From the NCBI GenBank assembly GCA_041640595.1, contig JBEPZY010000005.1, forward strand, positions 64,001 through 128,000: a DNA stretch of 64,000 nt. Reading direction: 5' to 3'. How positions within the stretch are numbered: position 1 is the first letter of the stretch; the number at the start of each line of letters is the position of its first letter. A program made the translations under genes and the position numbers. Below are positions 38,995-48,595 of this stretch, piece by piece. This DNA is from Gemmatales bacterium. Lineage in GTDB: Bacteria; Planctomycetota; Planctomycetia; Gemmatales; HRBIN36. The notes beneath the pieces are model-generated. The model had not been told where the DNA came from. It made no database searches and was given only the letters and a program-made list of their open reading frames with translations.

Positions 38995-40323
38995 ATGCCT
39001 TTAGACCCCCAGCGCTTGTTGGAGCTATTCCAGAAAACGCACGAAGAGCTGTTGCCCCTGGAATGTTGGGACCTGTACGAATATCTCGGCAATTTCATAC
39101 CGCTGTGGTTTCGTCCGGAGGTAGTGCAGCGCGTGGAAGAGGAGACAACGGTTCGTTTCGAGAAACCGCAATTGCCGCAGGATCGGGGATCGTGCTGGAT
39201 CATTTTTGCGCTGGGCTTAGCTTCGCAGTATCCGATGCTGAAGCCGGCTTTCGTCTTGCCGCTGCAATGGCAATGCCAGCCGGAACATGACCGCCGTCTG
39301 CCCGCCAGGTTGAAAGAGTTGGCGGATCGGGTTCGCCGGGCACTCAACCAGGCTTACCGCGACGAAGAATACCTGCGCTGGCGACTTTACATGCATCCCA
39401 ATTTCGCTATTTCCGAGACAACGCCGGATTTCAGCGGGCTCGATGAACAGCTCCGATTCGAATCCGGCTGGTTAGCTCTGGCAGGAGGCCTGTATTTAGC
39501 CCGGCATAACGGCCAGCCGAGCGAATACGTTTGGGCATCGGCTCGCTGGGATGAAGAAAAAGGTATCCTTCGCGTCGGGCATTTAGTTGAGAAACTGGAG
39601 CTGGCCCAGGAATACGGTGTCCGACAGTTTTACATTCCGGATGAACAAATCAACGAGGTGCCGGAACTGTTCCAGGGTATGGTCAAGCCGATTCGGCAAG
39701 GGACGAACCGGTTGCAAGAGGTGCTGGATAACTATGTCTGTGCCCTGGACGTAAGGCCCGCCTGTCCTCCCAGTAACGAAGAGAGCTTTCAGCGTTGCCG
39801 CGATTGGTATCTGCGCCAGCCAAGCCCGGACCTCCGCTATTACTGCACCTGTCTGCTCCCCTACCTGTTGCCGCGACTTCAGCACCAGCGGCGATCCGAT
39901 TGCCAACCGGAAGTGCTGGTGACTGTCTTGAGCCATAGCTGGAACCTGATCCCGCTGATCGCCCACACCTTCGAGGTCAAGCGGTGCGTTGTCCTGGTCA
40001 CCGCTGGTGATGAAAGAACGCACCATTACAGCGAACCAGTACGGCAGTTTCTGAATGCGTTCGGGCGGCGCGTCGAACTGATAGAATGTGAGTTTTACGA
40101 GGAGCGGATGGAAGAAAACTTTGGCGCTCTCGAAATCTGGGAACACTACCGTCAGCGACCCGAGAAAATCCTGGTGGACATGACGCCGGGTAAGAAGCTG
40201 ATGACTCTGCACTTGTACAGGTCGGCCCCTCGAGGTTGCTGGCTGGTGTACGTCAACACCGAGCAACGCCAGAACCGTCCGGTTCCTGGCTCGGAAAAAC
40301 TGGTTTGCTGGCAGCGCGACTAG
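38995..40323 (+). CDS. Lon-type (S16) protease domain fused to C-terminal CARF domain
   Basis: Ser (FESGWLALA, nt 39463) and Lys (VGHLVEKLELA, nt 39592) 43 residues apart; CARF-type motifs VLVTVLSHS, VVLVT, VDMTPGKKLM, LVYV; GGGAGAG RBS. Confidence 0.8.
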   Translation: MPLDPQRLLELFQKTHEELLPLECWDLYEYLGNFIPLWFRPEVVQRVEEETTVRFEKPQLPQDRGSCWIIFALGLASQYPMLKPAFVLPLQWQCQPEHDRRLPARLKELADRVRRALNQAYRDEEYLRWRLYMHPNFAISETTPDFSGLDEQLRFESGWLALAGGLYLARHNGQPSEYVWASARWDEEKGILRVGHLVEKLELAQEYGVRQFYIPDEQINEVPELFQGMVKPIRQGTNRLQEVLDNYVCALDVRPACPPSNEESFQRCRDWYLRQPSPDLRYYCTCLLPYLLPRLQHQRRSDCQPEVLVTVLSHSWNLIPLIAHTFEVKRCVVLVTAGDERTHHYSEPVRQFLNAFGRRVELIECEFYEERMEENFGALEIWEHYRQRPEKILVDMTPGKKLMTLHLYRSAPRGCWLVYVNTEQRQNRPVPGSEKLVCWQRD

Positions 40324-40709
40324 CCGGGGCGAGAAAGACGCAGGGCTTTCAGGCGACTTATGTCGGCTTCCGTCGTAGCTGTAGCAATGCCTGACCGCCA
40401 CTACCAGCGGGCTTTCAGGCAACATAGGTTGGCTTTCGTCTCTGGTGGCAGGTTTCGCCGCGCTGTGGTTTTCCAGGGGTGTGCGGATCGTCGAGAGGAT
40501 TTTCTCATCTCCCGCCGGGAACGCTGACGAGGCACAGTTTGCTGCAATGTCGCAAGAGCGGCAGAGTTCGGGGAAAACTGCGGTTGCGATAAACCGGTGC
40601 GTAGCTATAATCCGTGCCCATGGCCCTGGGTCTGCTATAGCACACATGGACGGCCAGCGTTGGGCCAGAGGTCTTCTGGAAGGCAGGGCAGACATCTGGA
40701 CGGCTCAAT

Positions 40710-42116
40710 ATGGATAAGGCACGGGCAGGCGGATTCTGCGGCGCCTTAGCGACCGCGGCATGTTTACTCCTGGCGGCTGAATGGAAAGTCAGCCTGCAGT
40801 GGTCGAGCGGGCAGGAGTTGCTCTATCGCGGCGAGATACACGAACTGGCCAGCGGTCGCGGGGTGCAATTCCGCAAGGAGTACGCCCTGGAAATTCGCGC
40901 TTTGGCAATAGAAGAGCGAGGCGATGAAGTAGCCGTTGCTTTCTTGACCACCATCCGGCCGAAAAACGCCCCTGCCACCAGCGGCACTGGAACGGTGCGG
41001 TTAGAATTGGCCTGGGTGAATCGTCGCGGCGAAATTTTTGCACCGAATCGCACGCCCCCCGTGCTTTCCCTGGATGCTCCCACGACCTGGGAATGTGGGT
41101 TTGTCGTGCGCTTACCCGGAAACGTTTTGCAAGACGGACAGAGCTGGCGTCACCAGGAACCGGGCCAGCCTGCCGAGGAATGGCGGGTCGTGGGGAGTGA
41201 AACGATTGCCGGCACCGCATGCCCGAAACTGTTGCGCGTGCAGAAGAGCGAAGATTGGGAACGGCCACGCGCGGATCGTCGAGCCTGGTATCGCCGCGAA
41301 GTTTTATGGCTGGAACCGCGCCTGGGAGTAGCTCAACGAGTGGAGCGGGAAATTGCCCGCCGTGAACCTGCCCAGACGCAAGCCACCGGCAGCATCCTGA
41401 CGCGGTACGAACTGGTCAGCAATTTTCGTTACGAGCCACGCTTGCTGGAAGATTGCCGCCGAGAGATTCGCCTGGCGGTGCAGCTACAGGATCAGCTCCG
41501 CGACTTACTTACCCCAGGGCGCAAAACCACGCCGGAAGATTTCCTTCAACTGGCTCGCCGGGTCGAGCAAATTCCAGCTACACCGACCACGCCTTATCGA
41601 GTCGCTCTGGAGCGTCTGGCATTAACCGCACAGGCAGCGGCTCGGGGCGAAGTGACACCGGTATCCGTTCAGGAAAACACCCCGGCTCTGGAAGTAGGCA
41701 AGCCTGCCCCCGACTTCCTGGTGCCCGATTGGCGCAAAGGGCAGCAAGTATCATTGCGGCAATTTCGCGGACGACCGGCGGTGCTGTTGTTTCTGCATCC
41801 CCGCTCCCCACTGAGTGGCGAAATTTTGCTGCACCTGCAACGCCTGGTCCAGCAAAATGCCGATTGGGAAGTTCAACCGGTGGCTCTGTTCATTCACGAA
41901 GACCGCGAGGCCGTGGGTGAGTTACTTGCCCGTCGGGATTGGAAATATCCTGTTCTGATTGGCTCGGCCTTACGAGCGAGTTACCAGATTGATGCCACCC
42001 CGCGGCTCGTTGTTCTCGATGGCCAGGGAGTGGTGCAGGGTATCTACACCGGCTGGGGTCCGGAAATTCCGCAGCAGCTGCTGCGCGATCTTCGCCGCGT
42101 CGCAGAGCCAAAGTAG
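40710..42116 (+). CDS. Exported protein with C-terminal redoxin/TlpA-like domain lacking CxxC
   Basis: VGKPAPDF...VSLRQFRGRPAVLLF, YQIDATPRLVVLDGQGVV; the active-site position reads HPRSPLS. Confidence 0.8.
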   Translation: MDKARAGGFCGALATAACLLLAAEWKVSLQWSSGQELLYRGEIHELASGRGVQFRKEYALEIRALAIEERGDEVAVAFLTTIRPKNAPATSGTGTVRLELAWVNRRGEIFAPNRTPPVLSLDAPTTWECGFVVRLPGNVLQDGQSWRHQEPGQPAEEWRVVGSETIAGTACPKLLRVQKSEDWERPRADRRAWYRREVLWLEPRLGVAQRVEREIARREPAQTQATGSILTRYELVSNFRYEPRLLEDCRREIRLAVQLQDQLRDLLTPGRKTTPEDFLQLARRVEQIPATPTTPYRVALERLALTAQAAARGEVTPVSVQENTPALEVGKPAPDFLVPDWRKGQQVSLRQFRGRPAVLLFLHPRSPLSGEILLHLQRLVQQNADWEVQPVALFIHEDREAVGELLARRDWKYPVLIGSALRASYQIDATPRLVVLDGQGVVQGIYTGWGPEIPQQLLRDLRRVAEPK

Positions 42117-42312
42117 CCTGCCCTCGCCCACGGACGCCTCGGTGCTCACCGAATAATCGGCAAAAGCGTTCGATTTTCGCTTGCTGTCCTGGCTACCCCA
42201 GCGGGGTTGGGCGTGAATGCCCTTGCAATTTCCGGGAACCACCCGATAGTATCGAACAGAAGGACTATGGCAGCCCAACCTGCTGGCCACGAATAAGAGG
42301 ACAGGAATCCTT

Positions 42313-42804
42313 ATGCTGGCGATGCCTTACCGGATTCAGGAGAGCACCCGTCGCTGTGCCCGAACCGGTCGTGAATTGCAGCCGGGAGAAATCTGTTATA
42401 GCGTTCTTTATGAACGGGACGGTGATTTTGTCCGCGAAGATTATTCGCCGGAGGCGTGGCAAGGTCCGCCGAACGGAGCGTTTTGTTTCTGGCGTGGCCG
42501 GGTGCCTCCCCGTGACGGACCGCGTCGGATTCGCTATCAGGACGATGCCTTGTGGGATTGCTTCCTGCAATTGCAGCACCGCACCGAGCCGAACGCTTTG
42601 CAAATGCGTTATGTGCTGGCCTTGCTTCTGCTGCGACGGCGAAGATTCCGCCTGGAAGCGGTGGATTGGCGCGACGGCGTCGAGATACTCCGCCTGCGAT
42701 GTTCCCGCTCCGGCCACGATTTCGAGGTGATCAACCCTGGCATCTCCGAAGCTGACCTGCAACAATTACAGCAGCAAATCCAGTCTCTCCTGGAGCTAGC
42801 CTGA
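42313..42804 (+). CDS. Conserved hypothetical protein
   Basis: Compact ORF with CARTG, REDYS, RYVLALLLLRRR; 6 bp from the next ORF's earliest start. Confidence 0.7.
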   Translation: MLAMPYRIQESTRRCARTGRELQPGEICYSVLYERDGDFVREDYSPEAWQGPPNGAFCFWRGRVPPRDGPRRIRYQDDALWDCFLQLQHRTEPNALQMRYVLALLLLRRRRFRLEAVDWRDGVEILRLRCSRSGHDFEVINPGISEADLQQLQQQIQSLLELA

Positions 42805-42873
42805 TCTTCCATGCTGACGCCAACACGGTGGAATTGCCGACGCCCGTCACTGCCCAGGGCCTGGCCTGGCCGT

Positions 42874-43743
42874 ATGCCGACCGGGTTCGGGTTGATGCTC
42901 GCACTGGTACTGTTGGCCGGTTGCAGTTCCTGGAGCGGACACCGTGAACCGCCACCTCCCTGGGGCAATGTCCGTCCCGGTGCTGAACAGATTGTCGCTT
43001 ACCTGGACGGCAATGCCCGCCGCATTCAGTCCTTGCGAGTGGAAGACCTGGACGTTACCGTGCAGTACGGCAACCAGCGATTCGGGGCCAGCGGCATGCT
43101 CGCGTACCAGAAACCGCGTAATTTCCGGCTCATTGCTTATGCCGGTTTGCAGGATCAGGCCGACATCGGTTCCAACGACCGCGAATTCTGGTTCTGGTTC
43201 CGCCAGGATAAGAACAACGCCCTGTATCGTTGCAGTTACGAGGACCTGCCCCAGGTGCGGAGCTTGCGCATCCCCGTTCATCCCGATTGGCTCGCCCAGG
43301 CACTGTGCGTACAGGAAATCGGCCCGGCCAATCAGTACCGCATCCAGGAAAATGGCGACTACGTGTATCTGACCACCCAGATTACCTCGCCGCAAGGCCA
43401 GCCGCTCGTCAAGACCCTCAAAGTGGCAATTCGCGGCGCCCAATCCGGTCGCATTGTCAGCATGAGTTTGCGAACTTTACAGGGGGCGGAAGTCTGGTCG
43501 GCGGACATCACCGAATATCATCACCAGCTCCAAGGCTACGTCGTGCCTCGCAAAATTCAGCTTCGTTGTCCGTCAGAAAAGTTGGAGGTCGCCCTGAAAC
43601 TGGATCGTGTTCAGGTGAACGTACTCCAGCCCGGCAATACTGGCGACATGTTTGTTCGCCCACCTAAGCCCGGCGTGCAGGAGATCGATCTGGCACGCGG
43701 GCCAGCCGCCACCCCAACCGGACTGCGCCCTGGTGGTGGATGA
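42874..43743 (+). CDS. Lipoprotein, LolA/DUF4292-like beta fold
   Basis: Lipobox LLAGC; YQKPRNFRL, DIGSNDREFWFW; alternative start 42811. Confidence 0.7.
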   Translation: MPTGFGLMLALVLLAGCSSWSGHREPPPPWGNVRPGAEQIVAYLDGNARRIQSLRVEDLDVTVQYGNQRFGASGMLAYQKPRNFRLIAYAGLQDQADIGSNDREFWFWFRQDKNNALYRCSYEDLPQVRSLRIPVHPDWLAQALCVQEIGPANQYRIQENGDYVYLTTQITSPQGQPLVKTLKVAIRGAQSGRIVSMSLRTLQGAEVWSADITEYHHQLQGYVVPRKIQLRCPSEKLEVALKLDRVQVNVLQPGNTGDMFVRPPKPGVQEIDLARGPAATPTGLRPGGG

Positions 43744-43782
43744 ACTTAGCTCGTGTTTGAAACGAAGCGGATGTTTAGATGC

Positions 43783-44778
43783 TTAGCGGCTAATGCGCAG
43801 TTGGGGCGAGCGCAGTAAGCTTTCCACCTCCGCAGGGGTTACCCATGCAAAGTCCCCTGGAATACTGTGCTTGAGTGCGCTGATCGCCACACCCCAATCC
43901 AGACCCTTCTGCACATCGCCATCTAATAATCCGTGGATCAAGCCCGCCGCAAAAGCATCTCCCGCACCTAAACGATCTACAATCTCGACTTCATAAGTGC
44001 GGGTTTGATAGAGCTTACCACCGGCATAAGCAATGGCCGTCCAGCTATTGCGCCACACCAGGGGATTTTCACGCAAGGTGATCGCTACCACCTGCAGATT
44101 GGGATACGTCTCGGCAATGCGTCGCGCTACCGTAGCGTAATCGGTGCCCTCGATCCGCAGAACTTTATTCGCGTCTTCTTCGGTGGTGACCAGCACCTGG
44201 GCCTGTTGTACAAAGCCGTGCATCCAGCGATGGGCTTCTTCCGCGCTCCAGAGTTTAGCGCGATAATTGAGGTCTATACTCACCGGAACGTTGGCCTGTC
44301 GAGCGGCGGTGATGGCTTCGCGAGTGGTTTCGGCAGCAGTGGGGCTTAGTGCCGGGGTGATGCCGGTCACATGGAACCAGCTTGCCTCACGGAAGATTTT
44401 TTCCCACGGCACCATGCCCGGACGAATGTTAGCAATCGCCGAGCCTTTGCGATCATAAACGACGCTGGAAGCTCGCGGCGCCGCTCCGAATTCCAGAAAG
44501 TAGAGACCCACCCGGTCTTCGTTCGTCCACAATATATAGTCCGTGCCGACGCCAGTTTCCTGAACGTGATGCACTAATAATCGGCCCAGGGGATTATCAG
44601 TAAGGCGGGAAACCCAGTAGGCCAATCGCCCCAGGCGTACTAAGGCGACCGCTGTGTTGAGTTCAGCCCCGCCTACCTTGATCTCGAAAGTTCGCGCCTG
44701 CTCCAGACGATGAAAAGCTGGCGGACTAAGTCGCAACATCGCCTCGCCAAAGGTGATCACCGATTTAGTCATAGGCAA
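43783..44778 (-). CDS. kdgK: PfkB-family sugar kinase, 2-keto-3-deoxygluconate kinase-like
   Basis: FGEAMLRL, GGAELN, DLNYRAKLW, VDRLGAGDAF; adjacent to eda. Confidence 0.85.
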   Translation of the reverse strand: MPMTKSVITFGEAMLRLSPPAFHRLEQARTFEIKVGGAELNTAVALVRLGRLAYWVSRLTDNPLGRLLVHHVQETGVGTDYILWTNEDRVGLYFLEFGAAPRASSVVYDRKGSAIANIRPGMVPWEKIFREASWFHVTGITPALSPTAAETTREAITAARQANVPVSIDLNYRAKLWSAEEAHRWMHGFVQQAQVLVTTEEDANKVLRIEGTDYATVARRIAETYPNLQVVAITLRENPLVWRNSWTAIAYAGGKLYQTRTYEVEIVDRLGAGDAFAAGLIHGLLDGDVQKGLDWGVAISALKHSIPGDFAWVTPAEVESLLRSPQLRISR

Positions 44779-44903
44779 TTTCCTTTATCGCCTTGCGCGG
44801 CCCACAGAGAGAATTATTGCCGGACGCTCAGACCTTATTGCCACTAAGACTCCGGCTATATATCAAGGTGCCTGAATTGAGCGGTGTTCCCGGCGGATAG
44901 CGT

Positions 44904-45563
44904 TCAAGACGAAGGGGAGCCAGCAGCGTGCTGGCGAACCAGTCCGACATACTGACGGGCCAGTTCACTGATGCGGCTGTAATTGCGTTCCGCTACGGCG
45001 CGCGGCTCCACCAGCTGAGCACCGATACCGAGACAGGATGCGCCAGCTTTCAGAAAATCCCCGACGGTTTGCAGGTTGACGCCTCCTGTCGGCATCAGGC
45101 GAATGTGCGGGAGTGGCGCTTTTAGTGCTCGAATATAAGCCGGCCCGCCAACCTCGGCAGGAAATATCTTGACTATATCCGCACCGAGTTCCCAGGCGTA
45201 AACCACTTCCGTGGGTGTGAATGCTCCTGGAATAACTACTTTCGAGTAACGCTTGCACATTTGGATAACCTCGGCATTGGTGTTAGGCGCCACGATAAAC
45301 TCTGCTCCGGCCAGTATCGCTAACCGGGCCGTCTCCGCGTCTAATACCGTGCCAGCTCCCAGCACTATATCCTGTCCCAGTTCGGCGGCGATTTGCTCTA
45401 ATACTCGAATAGCGTTGGGAACCGTAAAGGTGACCTCGATAGCGCGGATACCACCATCGAACAGAGCGCGGGCAACCTGCACCAGTTCGGCACTGCTCGG
45501 CGAACGAACGATAGCCACAATCTTCGTTTCCAGGAGCGTCTGTAATGTTTGCTGCGACGACAT
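44904..45563 (-). CDS. eda: KDPG/KHG aldolase
   Basis: IEVT, GAGTVL, PGAFTPTE, VKIFPA, MPTGGV. Confidence 0.92.
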   Translation of the reverse strand: MSSQQTLQTLLETKIVAIVRSPSSAELVQVARALFDGGIRAIEVTFTVPNAIRVLEQIAAELGQDIVLGAGTVLDAETARLAILAGAEFIVAPNTNAEVIQMCKRYSKVVIPGAFTPTEVVYAWELGADIVKIFPAEVGGPAYIRALKAPLPHIRLMPTGGVNLQTVGDFLKAGASCLGIGAQLVEPRAVAERNYSRISELARQYVGLVRQHAAGSPSS

Positions 45564-45670
45564 CCGCGAGGCTCCACAGTTCGGATTAATGCTTAGAGTC
45601 CGGCAACGTCGGGCGGTTGATAAGTGTACTTGATAGTCACAGACGTCGCTGCCATGACTAAGTATCGGCA

Positions 45671-46489
45671 CTAAGTCGGGCTGGGCGACCCGGAGGCACT
45701 AAGCGTGGGTAAAGCGATTTTTTTATTTTTGCGCAGGCCGAGCAGATCGCCGAGCTTTCGCCCCAACCACATTAAGGGATCGTAATAAGCATCCACCACT
45801 CGCTCTTTGAGCGGAATTATGCCGTTATCGGTAATGTGGATTTCTTCCGGGCAAACTTCCGTACAGCACTTGGTGATGTTGCATAGACCTATATTCAGCA
45901 CGTCCTTAAGCAGGGGCAGACGATCCACGGTATCAAGGGGATGCATTTCCAGACTGGCCACGCGGATCATAAAGCGTGGGCCACCGAAAATTTCCGGTGC
46001 TTCTTTCATCTGGTGATCGCGGAGGACGTGGCAAACATTCTGGCACAGGAAACACTCGATGCACTTGCGAAACTCCTGCACGCGGTCCACTTCTTCCTGA
46101 GCCATGCGCCAGGTGCCATCGGGAAAGTCCGGCGGTCGTGGACGAAACGGCGGAATCATCTTGTTGATGCGGTAGTTCCAGGAAACATCGGTAACCAGGT
46201 CTTTGATGATCGGGAAAGCCCGCATGGGTTCGATAGTTACTGGACCGGGCGGGAGGGTGTCCATACGGGTCATGCACATCAGTCGCGGTTTGCCATTGAC
46301 TTCGGCGGAACAAGAACCGCATTTACCGGCTTTGCAATTCCAGCGACAGGCCAGGTCGGGAGCTTGCGTGGCCTGGATTTGATGCACCACATCCAGCACG
46401 ACCATGCCTTCGCTGACCTCGGCCTGATATTCGCGGAACTCTCCACCGCTTTTGTCACCACGCCAGATACGAAAAATTGTCGTTCCCAT
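45671..46489 (-). CDS. sdhB: Succinate dehydrogenase/fumarate reductase Fe-S subunit
   Basis: CKAGKCGSC, CIECFLCQNVC, CNITKCCTEVCP. Confidence 0.93.
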   Translation of the reverse strand: MGTTIFRIWRGDKSGGEFREYQAEVSEGMVVLDVVHQIQATQAPDLACRWNCKAGKCGSCSAEVNGKPRLMCMTRMDTLPPGPVTIEPMRAFPIIKDLVTDVSWNYRINKMIPPFRPRPPDFPDGTWRMAQEEVDRVQEFRKCIECFLCQNVCHVLRDHQMKEAPEIFGGPRFMIRVASLEMHPLDTVDRLPLLKDVLNIGLCNITKCCTEVCPEEIHITDNGIIPLKERVVDAYYDPLMWLGRKLGDLLGLRKNKKIALPTLSASGSPSPT

Positions 46490-46609
46490 GTCAATAATTC
46501 CTTGAGCGACCGCTAGCTCGCGTTAAGATGCTGCCAAATCACGAATTGCCCAGGCGGGCGAAGGTTATTCCTCGTTGCTAAGATGGCCGGATTGACCGAA
46601 AATGTCGGT

Positions 46610-48451
46610 TCAGCGGTTCGCTTCGATAATGCGTTTGAGGTAATCGGGCATGTCGGGGATCGGTTCGCGGCGAACCTGCATGGAGCCATCCGGTCCTTTG
46701 CGAACCACGATGTTCACTTTTCCGAATTCCTCGCGTTTGCTCGGATAATCTTCGCGGAATTGGGCGCCGCGACTTTCCTTGCGTTCGATGGCCGAGCGGG
46801 TAATGGCTTCGGCGACGATCAGGAGGTTGTGCAAATCCATAGCGGTATGCCAGCCGGGGTTGTATTCGCGGTTGCCGACGACACGGATGCGGCGATGGCG
46901 GTCGCGGAGTCGGGCAATTTCGTCCAGGGCCCGCAGCATTTCCTCCTCGCGGCGGACGATGCCGACCAGGTTCTGCATGGTTTCCTGGAGGTCCTGCTGC
47001 ACCTGGAAGGGATTTTCGTTGCCCTGAGGTTCGTCTATGAAGCTGAGAGCCCAGCGTGCAGCCGCTTCGATCTGGTCGTGTGGCAGTTGCCCGGCGGAAT
47101 GGTCTTTGGCATAGCGAGCGGCAAATTCACCGGCGCGTTTGCCGAAGACAAGCAGATCGGACAGCGAATTGCCACCCAGGCGATTGGCACCATGCAAACC
47201 GCCTGCCACTTCCCCGGCGGCGAACAATCCCGGCACGGTGGACATCTGCGTCTCGCCATCCACCCGCACTCCGCCCATGATGTAATGAACAGTCGGCCCG
47301 ACCTCCATGGGCTGCTCGGTGATGTCAATCCCGCCGAGTTGTTTGAACTGGTGATACATGCTGGGCAACTTTTTCTTGATATATTCCGCTTTGTTGAGGC
47401 CGGGCCGACGTTTCGCCAGCCAGTCGCAGAACGTCTGCAATTCCAGATAGACGCCACCGTGAGGACTGCCGCGACCTTCACGGATTTCCCGCACAATACA
47501 GCGGGCGACGTGATCGCGGGTGAGCAGTTCCGGCGGTCGGCGGGCATCACGCCCCTGGTATTTTTCGCCGATGACGTAGAGGAACCCTTCTTCCTCGTTG
47601 TCGGCGGTGCTGTTGCGGTAGGCTTCGGGAATATCCTCGAACATGAAGCGTTTGCCCAGGGCATTGCGGAGCACGCCACCTTCGCCGCGCACCCCTTCGG
47701 TCACCAGAATTCCCCGCACACTGGGCGGCCAGACCATACCGGTGGGATGAAACTGCACAAACTCCATGTCCACCAGTTCGGCTCCGGCTTCGTAGGCAAG
47801 AGCATGTCCGTCGCCGGTGTACTCCCAGCTATTGCTGGTAATTTTGTACGCCTTACCGATGCCGCCGGTCGCCAGCACCACCGCTTTCGCGTGAAACACC
47901 ACAAACTGGCCCCGCTCGCGGTAATAGCCGAACGCCCCGACCACGCGCTCGCCATCTTTGAGCAGGCGGATGATGGTGCATTCCATGTGCACATCAATGC
48001 CCTGATGGATGCCGTGATCCTGAAGGGTACGGATCATTTCCAGGCCGGTGCGGTCGCCGACGTGAGCCAGGCGGGGATATTTGTGTCCGCCGAAATGGCG
48101 TTGCAGAATCCGGCCGTCGCGTGTGCGATCGAAAACAGCGCCCCAGGCTTCCAGTTCGCGCACCCGATCGGGAGCCTCTTTGGCGTGGAGTTCCGCCATC
48201 TTCCAGTTGTTGATGTACTGACCGCCGCGCATGGTATCGGCGAAGTGGACTTCCCAGTTATCGCGGCTATCCACATTGGCCAGTGCGGCGGCAATTCCGC
48301 CTTCGGCCATGACCGTGTGGGCTTTGCCCAACAGCGATTTGCAAACCAGACCGACCCGGCAACCGGCGGCGGATGCCTCAATAGCAGCACGTAAACCAGC
48401 TCCTCCGGCTCCGATCACCAGCACGTCGTGTTCATAAATGGGATAATCCAT
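46610..48451 (-). CDS. sdhA: Succinate dehydrogenase/fumarate reductase flavoprotein
   Basis: GAGGAG, AHTVMAEGG covalent-FAD His, QFHPTG, TEGVRGEGG, HYIMGG, HGANRLGGNSL, ESRG. Confidence 0.95.
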   Translation of the reverse strand: MDYPIYEHDVLVIGAGGAGLRAAIEASAAGCRVGLVCKSLLGKAHTVMAEGGIAAALANVDSRDNWEVHFADTMRGGQYINNWKMAELHAKEAPDRVRELEAWGAVFDRTRDGRILQRHFGGHKYPRLAHVGDRTGLEMIRTLQDHGIHQGIDVHMECTIIRLLKDGERVVGAFGYYRERGQFVVFHAKAVVLATGGIGKAYKITSNSWEYTGDGHALAYEAGAELVDMEFVQFHPTGMVWPPSVRGILVTEGVRGEGGVLRNALGKRFMFEDIPEAYRNSTADNEEEGFLYVIGEKYQGRDARRPPELLTRDHVARCIVREIREGRGSPHGGVYLELQTFCDWLAKRRPGLNKAEYIKKKLPSMYHQFKQLGGIDITEQPMEVGPTVHYIMGGVRVDGETQMSTVPGLFAAGEVAGGLHGANRLGGNSLSDLLVFGKRAGEFAARYAKDHSAGQLPHDQIEAAARWALSFIDEPQGNENPFQVQQDLQETMQNLVGIVRREEEMLRALDEIARLRDRHRRIRVVGNREYNPGWHTAMDLHNLLIVAEAITRSAIERKESRGAQFREDYPSKREEFGKVNIVVRKGPDGSMQVRREPIPDMPDYLKRIIEANR

Positions 48452-48595
48452 GGTCGCTCTTCCATTGGGTTGCAAGTTGGCTATCGGCGATTGTAGCAAG
48501 ACTCACGCACCTGGCAGACCAAAGCCGTTCTGCCTGTATCTGCGGATCAGCCTACGCTCGCCTCTGGCGGCGTCGTAAGCTGACCGGATTGAGAA

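Noticed and set aside
46583..48394. Long antisense ORFs (also 2179-3228, 31573-32799, 36577-37587, 39583-40695, 48755-49855)
   Set aside because: Shadow frames opposite well-supported genes in GC-rich DNA
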